In this document: one piece after another, positions 16,847 through 24,222 of the stretch
Numbering within the stretch: position 1 is the first letter of the stretch
Layout: the number at the start of each line of letters is the position of its first letter
NCBI GenBank assembly: GCA_052035055.1
Contig: JBPOHY010000161.1
Span: 1 to 24,719 of the forward strand
Length of the DNA: 24,719 nucleotides
From: a candidate division WWE3 bacterium
GTDB lineage: Bacteria > Patescibacteriota > WWE3 > UBA101185 > UBA10185
Direction of reading: 5' to 3'
The notes under the pieces: model-generated
The model's database searches: none
What the model saw: only the letters and a program-made list of their open reading frames with translations
What the model was told of the DNA's origin: nothing
Translations under genes and position numbers: made by a program

Positions 16847-17165
16847 TTATTATATTAGTATCTTCGATACCAACCGAACGCGCTACGCTGTTTTTAAACA
16901 CAATTGTAGCAATAGATACACAACCAGCTATAACTGCCCATATAAACGCATCCCAAGCTTTTTTGGTTGCCTTTGGATTACCCGCAGATAGAGTATGTAA
17001 AACCATCGAGTATGCCAGACACCCCATTGAGATGGCAAAGCTTGTACCCAAAACCAAATTGACGCCTATATTTACAAAACTTCCGACAGTACCTAAACGT
17101 GTAACACGATCAGCACCGGCATAGGTTTCGCCCCACATTACTACATTAGTTAGAGAATCAAACAT
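16830..17165 (-). CDS. VirB2/TrbC-like pilin (111 aa)
   Basis: TM-TLSAGNPKATKKAWDAFIWAVIAG-TM. Overlaps the next pilin by 17 nt. Confidence 0.82.
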   Translation of the reverse strand: MFDSLTNVVMWGETYAGADRVTRLGTVGSFVNIGVNLVLGTSFAISMGCLAYSMVLHTLSAGNPKATKKAWDAFIWAVIAGCVSIATIVFKNSVARSVGIEDTNIINGPNF

Positions 17166-17193
17166 AAATTTATTTTAATATTCCAGATAGACC

Positions 17194-17219
17194 AAAGGTC
17201 CCCCCGAGGAGGGACCTTT
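17194..17219 (-). terminator. Strong intergenic hairpin after the 114-aa pilin (terminator or RNA stabiliser)
   Basis: AAAGGTCCC/GGGACCTTT 9-bp stem, extendable around a CUCG loop. The U-tract is only short. Confidence 0.6.
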
Positions 17220-17241
17220 AAGTCAATAATTACACGATCAA

Positions 17242-17586
17242 CTAAAAGAAGTTGGTAATACTGTTCTGTTGTATGTTACCACCTGTTAAGTTCTCGATTA
17301 TACTCTTTGCTACAGTGATAAAGAACAAGCCAACGCCTCCGATAACTGCATATGTTAACCATTTCTGTGCAGAATCAACTGCCTGCTTTTCGCCTTTAGA
17401 AAGAACATACTGGACGAAGCCCAACGCCAACATAACAAATACCAATGCATAACCAACGCCCAAAACTAAGTTGATAATAAAACCAAAAACGTCTGACAAA
17501 GTATCAAATTCGGTATCGCCTAGAGGATTGGATACAGAAGTACCTAAACCTTGTGCGTAAACCTTTGTTATTAATGAAGAAAGCAT
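17242..17586 (-). CDS. VirB2/TrbC-like pilin (114 aa), candidate major pilin
   Basis: Short leader ending KVYAQ, then TM-YVLSKGEKQAVDSAQKWLTYAVIG-TM. Confidence 0.85.
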   Translation of the reverse strand: MLSSLITKVYAQGLGTSVSNPLGDTEFDTLSDVFGFIINLVLGVGYALVFVMLALGFVQYVLSKGEKQAVDSAQKWLTYAVIGGVGLFFITVAKSIIENLTGGNIQQNSITNFF

Positions 17587-17664
17587 GTTTCTAAGATTCT
17601 ACACCCCCTTTTAGTCCTGGATTTGCATTTAGCAACTCCAGTAAAAATCTACAACTAACCATTT

Positions 17665-19371
17665 TTAAAATCCTACGGAACCTCCTAGGATAGTATTAAT
17701 TATAACCCTAAGAATAGCAATGGACAATAAAATGAATAGGGTTCCCAAAACAGCGTGTGTCAGCTCTTCTTTACAATCCTTTAACTTATGGGGATCACCC
17801 TCGCTAGTCATTAAGCAGTACCCAGCCTTTGCATTAAAAAACAACCCAATAACCAAGCCAGTCGGGTACAGGAATGCAAATATTGTAGATATGACTCTTT
17901 CGAAACTAAGGATAGGACCAGTATAAGGAGGGGCAACATATATTTCGGCACAGCTAACATCGGGTATACAAACGCTGCTTATACAGGAGTAGCCGGGAGC
18001 AGGACAACCGTCGCAGCCTGCTACACTACAACTAGTCCCAGGGTTAATTTCTTCCTCGGGTTGACACGTACCATAGTCTGGGCTTGAGGGATCCTCTATA
18101 CAATACATGCCCCCGCAACAATCAGTTGGGTTTGGCGTAGCGGGATTAGTATCGCAAGGCTGGTTTTCGGTATTTACGCAAATATCGCCATCCCATGAGC
18201 AATGGCCTGCGCCATCGAGTGCAGATCCAAAGAGCGCATCGTCACAAAGCATTGTTTTAGCCGCTTCCTGACAGCAGTCACCATAGGCGGGATCCCCGAA
18301 CACATCGCATCTCCAAGGTTCATCATGATCTATTGGTGGGATTTCTAATGGCGGGTCATTTGGGTCCCATGGCCACTGCTGAGTGCACGTTCCTGCAGGG
18401 GGGAGACATTGCCAAGCGCCGCCTTCGTCGGGGTTTTGTCTACAAGTCAAGGGTATACCTGCGCCTTGCAAACAGGCACAATCGAGTTGCACCGAATCAC
18501 ATGACTGGCCTTGATACACCGGACTGCACTTACCAGTTCCTGGGTTACAAACGTTAGAGGCGCAACTGCTGTCATCGACACAGGATTCACCTGCGGCTAG
18601 TTTACCGCCACACCACTCTATTGTGTCAATACCACAAGTACCGGACTCTCCATCTGCTATAGGATTTCCATCATCATTTAAACATTGTAGGGTAGCGCTA
18701 CAGCAAGCCATCCCAGGATCTGTGACAGCATCGTTGGAATCGCAAGGGTCTCCAGCAACAGATGGGTAGTGACCCCCAGCGCAGTCAGTACACACTCCAT
18801 CAGGATAGGAGCCGGTAGTCAGGCACCACTTGTCTATCCAGTCGCCGCGCTCAGCATCTATTGGTTCAAAAATAGCACAGCGCTTGCCCAAGTTGTCTCC
18901 CTGATCCAAAGAACAGCCGGTATCTCCTAAATCCCAAATACAACCGGAATGTTGCGTGCATGTCCAATGGAGAGTTATTCCAGCCCAGGTTTTTACATCC
19001 AAACACGCCTCCCCTTGCGCACAAGTAAGCGCACCACCCTGACTTGGATCCGGGGCACCACAACTGGAATATATTTGTGGATGATCATCACTACCACCTA
19101 AGCCATCGTTAAAACAATCACTGGACTCCCCGTTACAACCAAGTTCCCCGGCACCTCCTATGTTATTGGTACAAACCAACTCACCAAAATAATCTGGTGG
19201 GGAGGATAAACAGGATCTATCTGGGTCACATCCATACTCACCGCAATGAGAGAAACCATCGTCTGGATCCGCTAAACATACGTCGGCTTTGGAGACGTGC
19301 GCAAAGAACGTAGCACCCAATAGTAAGGTACTCAACATAACCAAGCTTTTTACTGCAACACGAGCGCACAT
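17665..19371 (-). CDS. Cys/Asp/Gly-rich extracellular domain fused to a C-terminal VirB2-like pilin (568 aa)
   Basis: Signal ending VSKA, about 50 Cys in the ectodomain (manual count), and a C-terminal TM-GYCLMTSEGDPHKLKDCKEELTHAVLG-TM pilin module. Confidence 0.85.
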   Translation of the reverse strand: MCARVAVKSLVMLSTLLLGATFFAHVSKADVCLADPDDGFSHCGEYGCDPDRSCLSSPPDYFGELVCTNNIGGAGELGCNGESSDCFNDGLGGSDDHPQIYSSCGAPDPSQGGALTCAQGEACLDVKTWAGITLHWTCTQHSGCIWDLGDTGCSLDQGDNLGKRCAIFEPIDAERGDWIDKWCLTTGSYPDGVCTDCAGGHYPSVAGDPCDSNDAVTDPGMACCSATLQCLNDDGNPIADGESGTCGIDTIEWCGGKLAAGESCVDDSSCASNVCNPGTGKCSPVYQGQSCDSVQLDCACLQGAGIPLTCRQNPDEGGAWQCLPPAGTCTQQWPWDPNDPPLEIPPIDHDEPWRCDVFGDPAYGDCCQEAAKTMLCDDALFGSALDGAGHCSWDGDICVNTENQPCDTNPATPNPTDCCGGMYCIEDPSSPDYGTCQPEEEINPGTSCSVAGCDGCPAPGYSCISSVCIPDVSCAEIYVAPPYTGPILSFERVISTIFAFLYPTGLVIGLFFNAKAGYCLMTSEGDPHKLKDCKEELTHAVLGTLFILLSIAILRVIINTILGGSVGF

Positions 19372-19379
19372 ATGTACTG

Positions 19380-19408
19380 ATTATCTAGATTTTTTACGGA
19401 ACAGTCAA
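19380..19408 (-). promoter_or_regulatory. Promoter TTGACT-17-GATAAT for the pilin operon
   Basis: -35 at 19403-19408, -10 at 19380-19385, 8 nt to the ATG. Confidence 0.65.
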
Positions 19409-19416
19409 TAAAAGAC

Positions 19417-19445
19417 TTGCGAGATCACAGGCTATAGGGTATAAT
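19417..19445 (+). promoter_or_regulatory. Promoter TTGCGA-17-TATAAT for the 162-aa gene
   Basis: Near-consensus with optimal spacing. SD AAGGAG at 19480-19485. Confidence 0.7.
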
Positions 19446-19489
19446 ATGTCGAAACTTTAAACAATCCGTACGAAACACAAAGGAGTAAT

Positions 19490-19978
19490 ATGAGTAATTT
19501 TTTTGCAGGAATCGCAGAGAAAAGAGCAGCCATGGATGCATGGTTGGGGCAACACGGCACCATCAAGTACGTTCTCAACTTTCTGTTGACAACTTTTATG
19601 GGATGGACGGTGTTCGCTATTTTCTTATTTACGGCCTATACTGCCGCGCTTGCCAGTTGGGGATACAGTATTTGTGGAGCAGTTTTTCTTGTGCTTTTGG
19701 TACCTTTAGCCGCCTTTGGGCGCCTAGCATCGGGAATCATCAATCACAATGATAGGAATCCAGCGCGAGGAGGGGCGGATGCACCAGATCAAGGAACGCA
19801 AAATAACAACGCAAATACTACGCTGACCCTGGAACAAATCACCACAGGGCTAGAGGCACTCACCGATGACGAAAAAAAAGCGGTCATCCGAGCTGCGAAA
19901 AACCTATTACCCGCCCGGCCAGATCCTCAACAACGGAGACCCCAAAACAATCCACCTGCGCGGCGACGCAACTATTAG
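19490..19978 (+). CDS. Small membrane protein (162 aa), 2-3 TM helices and a disordered Arg/Pro-rich tail, standalone SD-led unit
   Basis: Own promoter, SD and terminator. Hydrophobic aa 27-82. Confidence 0.85.
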   Translation: MSNFFAGIAEKRAAMDAWLGQHGTIKYVLNFLLTTFMGWTVFAIFLFTAYTAALASWGYSICGAVFLVLLVPLAAFGRLASGIINHNDRNPARGGADAPDQGTQNNNANTTLTLEQITTGLEALTDDEKKAVIRAAKNLLPARPDPQQRRPQNNPPARRRNY

Positions 19979-20003
19979 TAGCCGTACGTAGTTAGTATCT
20001 ATA

Positions 20004-20044
20004 GGACCCAAGTCTTTTTTTATAAATACTTGGGTCTTTTTTTT
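20004..20044 (+). terminator. Intrinsic terminator
   Basis: GACCCAAGT/ACTTGGGTC stem with a 14-nt AT-rich loop, followed by T8. Confidence 0.8.
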
Positions 20045-20067
20045 GTCTAATTTTGGCGCCAGAGATT

Positions 20068-20076
20068 TGATATAAT
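20068..20076 (+). promoter_or_regulatory. Extended -10 (TGATATAAT), leaderless
   Basis: Perfect TGnTATAAT exactly 7 nt before the ATG at 20084. Confidence 0.7.
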
Positions 20077-20083
20077 AGGCTCA

Positions 20084-21913
20084 ATGCCAAAGCTGCCGGT
20101 ATCAAAAAAACCTTTGCTAATAACGCTGTGGATACTCATATCCATAGGCGTGCTACTTGCATCTAATATAGTTCTCGCAAAAAGTAAGTGCGACGACCTC
20201 GAAGACCTAGACAAACGCGCAGAGTGTTACGGGGAAAAAATAGAAGAAAAACAGGACGAGTACGAGTCCACAAGTAAACAGCTTTCTAATATAAGGTCCC
20301 AAAAAGACCAAATCGCCGGAACAATTTCTAAATATCTTAGCGAACTAAATGTTACCCAAGGACAAATAGACGAACTCCAAGGACAAATAACCAATATAAA
20401 AAACGAGTTAGCCATAATTCAGGATAATTTAACAGACCGCAAAGGCAAACTTTCGGAAAAGACGACACTTAGAAATAGAGTTCTCCGAAACTACCTCAAA
20501 AAAAGCTATAAATCAGATCTGGAAATGATATTTGCAGGAAATCCAACTGGCGCAACACTAAGCGGGTTTCAATACTCCTCAATGAATTATATTTTTAATA
20601 AAGCACTAGCCGACGAAACAAAAAAGGTTATATATCTCTTAAACTCCGAGATTGATACCTTTGAAGGAGATAAAAAAGAGGCCGAAAGTATCAGGCAGGA
20701 GCTAGAAACAACTCAAAGCAAGCTATTATCACTAAAAGCCGATATCGATGCAAAAAAGGCAGACGCGCAAAATGACCTGACGGATTTGTCAAATAAAGAA
20801 GAATCATACGAAAAGGAACTCTCGGAATTAGAAGACGAGATCGAAAGTCTGTCTTCAAAGCAACAGGACATTTTAAAGCAAAAATATGGTGACGAAATAA
20901 TTAGCGGGTACGAAGCTTCTAGTTACAAATTACCGAACCCACCATTTAAACCCGCCTTTGCCGCCCTAAGCTATGGAGCATACACACACCGTAACGGTAT
21001 GAGCCAATACGGTGCGATGGGACGCGCCGAAGATGGCCAAGACTACAAAGAAATACTCGAATATTATTACGAGACAAGTGTAAAGGAAGAGGACGACTTT
21101 CCCGACGAAATTAATGTGCAAGGTTATGGGACACTAGACTATCAATATTACCTTTATGGATTGGCAGAAATGCCAAGTGACTGGCCACTCGATGCATTAA
21201 AAGCACAAGCAATAGCCGGACGAACCTATGCATACAAAGCCAACAAACCTATTTGTACAAGCCAAAGTTGCCAAGTATTTTTAAAAAGCAAAGCCGACAA
21301 CCCACCTAGCCGATGGAAACAAGCCGTAGATGAAACCGAAGGTGAGATACTTGATAACCCAAAAAATTCACAGTACTCCTCAACAACCGGCGGCTATCTA
21401 AATCAAACAGGATGGGATGTTAAGGAAGGCGGAAGTTGGCCAAATGATGCCTACGAAAAAATAGCCGGCTCCCCGTGGTTCTTTAAAGCCTGGTACACCA
21501 AAAGTTATACAGACAATACAGATACATGCGGACGCAGCACACCGTGGTTAAGCGAAGACGAAATGGCCGACATTTTAAACGCCTGGATCGTGTGGCGTAA
21601 AGGATCAGGCAGCGAAAAGGATCATATAACACCAACTACAACTAGCTGCTGGGGCGGCGATCCATACTCAAAAGATGAAATGAAGGAAAAGGCCGGCAAC
21701 TACGAAACTCCGTTTACGAGTATAAGCAATGTGTCGGTGAGTATTAGTAGTAACGGGTACACATCAAAGGTTAACTTTTCTACAAACCGCGGCAGTGTAA
21801 GCATTGATGGCAGCGAATACATGACTGTGTTTAACCTAAGGTCCCCAGGATATGTTTCTATCAGAGGTGTAGTAGGAAACAAAGCGTTGTATGATATCAA
21901 GCATGAAGACTAG
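20084..21913 (+). CDS. SpoIID/LytB-domain lytic transglycosylase with N-terminal TM and a long coiled coil
   Basis: YLYGLAEMPSDWPLDALKAQAIAGRTYAY...CTSQSCQVF and HRNGMSQYGA...YKEILEYYY. Heptad-rich aa 35-265. Confidence 0.9.
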   Translation: MPKLPVSKKPLLITLWILISIGVLLASNIVLAKSKCDDLEDLDKRAECYGEKIEEKQDEYESTSKQLSNIRSQKDQIAGTISKYLSELNVTQGQIDELQGQITNIKNELAIIQDNLTDRKGKLSEKTTLRNRVLRNYLKKSYKSDLEMIFAGNPTGATLSGFQYSSMNYIFNKALADETKKVIYLLNSEIDTFEGDKKEAESIRQELETTQSKLLSLKADIDAKKADAQNDLTDLSNKEESYEKELSELEDEIESLSSKQQDILKQKYGDEIISGYEASSYKLPNPPFKPAFAALSYGAYTHRNGMSQYGAMGRAEDGQDYKEILEYYYETSVKEEDDFPDEINVQGYGTLDYQYYLYGLAEMPSDWPLDALKAQAIAGRTYAYKANKPICTSQSCQVFLKSKADNPPSRWKQAVDETEGEILDNPKNSQYSSTTGGYLNQTGWDVKEGGSWPNDAYEKIAGSPWFFKAWYTKSYTDNTDTCGRSTPWLSEDEMADILNAWIVWRKGSGSEKDHITPTTTSCWGGDPYSKDEMKEKAGNYETPFTSISNVSVSISSNGYTSKVNFSTNRGSVSIDGSEYMTVFNLRSPGYVSIRGVVGNKALYDIKHED

Positions 21914-23369
21914 CACTCTTAGGACAAACTTAACTACCCTAATATTAATAATTGCCGGAACGCTTATACTCTTTAGACCCCCAATAGACCCAGACCTCGG
22001 ATGGCATCTAAAGTATGGGGAATATATTACAACCCACGGACAATACCTGTATCAAAACTTCTTTTCTTATACTTTTATTAATTATAAATGGACAAACTCT
22101 TATTGGTTATCCCAAATTATAATGTACGCGTTATACAGCAAGGCCGGAGTAATTGGGATTGGAATCGGACTATCTTTATTGTTTGCAACCACGGCAACTG
22201 TCCTTTTTAAAAGAGTATTTAAAGACACATACCAAACACCTCTAATACTTTTATTTGTATTGGCTGGATCGTTCTTGCTCTCGGTGAGACCACTTGCGTT
22301 TAGCTCCATTTTTTTGCTTATCGAAATATTTGTACTAAGCTATAAACCACGTCTCAAAAAATACTTGCCGATTATGTTTTTGCTCTGGGCCAATATGCAC
22401 GCCGATTTTGTTTTTGGACTGTTTGTACTTGGAACCTACACTGCCTTTGCGTTAGTACAGAAAACTCAAGATGAAACTCGAAAAACATCCCTTAGCGTAT
22501 TAGCTTTTTGTGTCTTAGTGACATTTGCAAACCCCACCGGCATCCATTTATGGCAAACCCTACTAAAAGAAACCAACCCATTGCAGTTTAAACATATTGC
22601 AGAGTGGAAACCGATTGAGTTTGACTTTACTAAAGAAGGGAGCCTTCGCACATCCGTGTTTTTTATCTTTGGCACAATGTTTGCTACCACAGCAATAGCC
22701 AATGCACGCATAAAAAAGCGTTCACAATGGCTTGGGTATTTAATAGCTGGGACACTACTACTAACGGTGCGGTCAACATATTTCTTTAGGGTACTCACTC
22801 TAATTTCTATGTTTTCTTTTTGGGAATATTGGGCACCCGAACTAAATAAAAGCTTGGATAGAGTCAATAAACACGCAAAAAAAGCTATCAGCCTAATTAA
22901 ACCGGTTTTTATAACTATGTTTGCACTTGTGATAATACAAACATTCTTTGAAAGGCTTTCCTTGGCGACAGACATCCAAAAGTGGTCCGAAAAATCAAAA
23001 TATCCCTATGGTGCAGTGGCCTATCTAAAACAAACAATGCCAAAAGGAAACCTGTTTAATTCATATAATTGGGGCGGCTACTTAATTTGGCATTTGCCGG
23101 AGTACAAAACATTTGTAGACGGACGTATGCCCAGCTGGAGGGATCAACAAGGAAGTTCTCTATTCGAAGACTATGTAGCTATAACGCGGTCTCCAAAAGA
23201 AAACATCCAGTTATTTAATAATTATGTTAAGGAAACTAACATCAATATAGTGCTTGAAAAAAGCTCGTCTAAATTTCCTCAATTTTTGATTGAGAACCCA
23301 AGTCTGGTCGGAACTTGGGTAAAAGCCTACCAAGACGAATACGCGGTAGTGTTGCTACGTCAAGACTAG
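21891..23369 (+). CDS. Polytopic membrane protein, probable GT-C-fold glycosyltransferase
   Basis: DPDLGWHLKYGEYI after TM1, LWANMHADF, about 11 TM helices, and a C-terminal FNSYNWGGYLIW...FVDGRM domain. The start is probably the ATG at 21903. Confidence 0.65.
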   Translation: MISSMKTSTLRTNLTTLILIIAGTLILFRPPIDPDLGWHLKYGEYITTHGQYLYQNFFSYTFINYKWTNSYWLSQIIMYALYSKAGVIGIGIGLSLLFATTATVLFKRVFKDTYQTPLILLFVLAGSFLLSVRPLAFSSIFLLIEIFVLSYKPRLKKYLPIMFLLWANMHADFVFGLFVLGTYTAFALVQKTQDETRKTSLSVLAFCVLVTFANPTGIHLWQTLLKETNPLQFKHIAEWKPIEFDFTKEGSLRTSVFFIFGTMFATTAIANARIKKRSQWLGYLIAGTLLLTVRSTYFFRVLTLISMFSFWEYWAPELNKSLDRVNKHAKKAISLIKPVFITMFALVIIQTFFERLSLATDIQKWSEKSKYPYGAVAYLKQTMPKGNLFNSYNWGGYLIWHLPEYKTFVDGRMPSWRDQQGSSLFEDYVAITRSPKENIQLFNNYVKETNINIVLEKSSSKFPQFLIENPSLVGTWVKAYQDEYAVVLLRQD

Positions 23370-24207
23370 CGCTACAAGCTAGCCCGGCCAGCACAGCTCC
23401 AGCAACAACATCAAGTAAATAATGCTCTGCAGTTAGTACAATACTAAAACCAACCATTATAGGAACAATAAAAGATGGGAGCATTTTTTTGCCATAGCGC
23501 TTAACCAAAAAGGCTGAGGTAAAAAATGTCCAAGCAGTATGCATGGAGGGCATAGCTGCTACCAAGTTGCCTCCAACAAAATATGCGTATACAGAAAGTC
23601 CACTAAAACTCGCAAGGACGGTGTCTTCGTAAATCGGGCGGTCTAAGCCAAGGCCGGAACCTAAAGTCTTGCCTACAAACCAAGGCGGTGCGGTAGGAAA
23701 CAAAAAGTAAAACAGTAGCCCAACATAAGTCATAAACATAAACCTCTTAAAATAGTCTTTAAAATCGCCACGACGAAATATCCAAATTAAAAAGGCTACA
23801 GCAAAGGAGTAATAAAAAAATGAGCTGTAAAAAAAGAGCGAAATATCAAGAAGCACGCTATTCTGCAAAAATAGCTTTTGTAAGAAAATAGTAGGCAAAA
23901 CCGGGAAAATATTACTTTCCAGGTGATGAACTACGTACAAAGTTTGATAATAAAATGGCGAAAGATCGTCGGCATAGCCACGTAAAAATTCGTACAAAAC
24001 AAATAGGCCAATAAATGGTATCCAATCTTTAAAAAAGGCTGTAGCTCCCAAGCCCCTTACTAAAAGAGCAACAATCAGGAACTCCAGCGCAAGGACTTCT
24101 GGGGTGGTGCGGATGACAAAAACGTTTAGAAAAAAAATGTAACCAAGTAAAACATAAAGGCCAAATCGCGAAGCTTGGGGAATTTTTGGGAAGTTAAGCT
24201 TAAACAT
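23269..24207 (-). CDS. PAP2-superfamily / inositol-phosphorylceramide-synthase (Aur1)-like membrane phosphotransferase
   Basis: YFLFPTAPPW, VAAMPSMH and EHYLLDVVAG motifs with multiple TM helices. Confidence 0.88.
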   Translation of the reverse strand: MFKLNFPKIPQASRFGLYVLLGYIFFLNVFVIRTTPEVLALEFLIVALLVRGLGATAFFKDWIPFIGLFVLYEFLRGYADDLSPFYYQTLYVVHHLESNIFPVLPTIFLQKLFLQNSVLLDISLFFYSSFFYYSFAVAFLIWIFRRGDFKDYFKRFMFMTYVGLLFYFLFPTAPPWFVGKTLGSGLGLDRPIYEDTVLASFSGLSVYAYFVGGNLVAAMPSMHTAWTFFTSAFLVKRYGKKMLPSFIVPIMVGFSIVLTAEHYLLDVVAGAVLAGLACSASLDVATLPRIRLGRLLPKFRPDLGSQSKIEEI

Positions 24208-24222
24208 ACAAGTCTATAGGCA

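Noticed and set aside
16385-19371. Type IV (PilA-type) pilins
   Set aside because: No class III signal (G/FTLIE). The two-TM layout with a central G-D/N-P/E loop fits VirB2/TrbC-like pilins.
22466-22975. 169-aa minus-strand ORF
   Set aside because: Antisense shadow of the GT-C-like gene.
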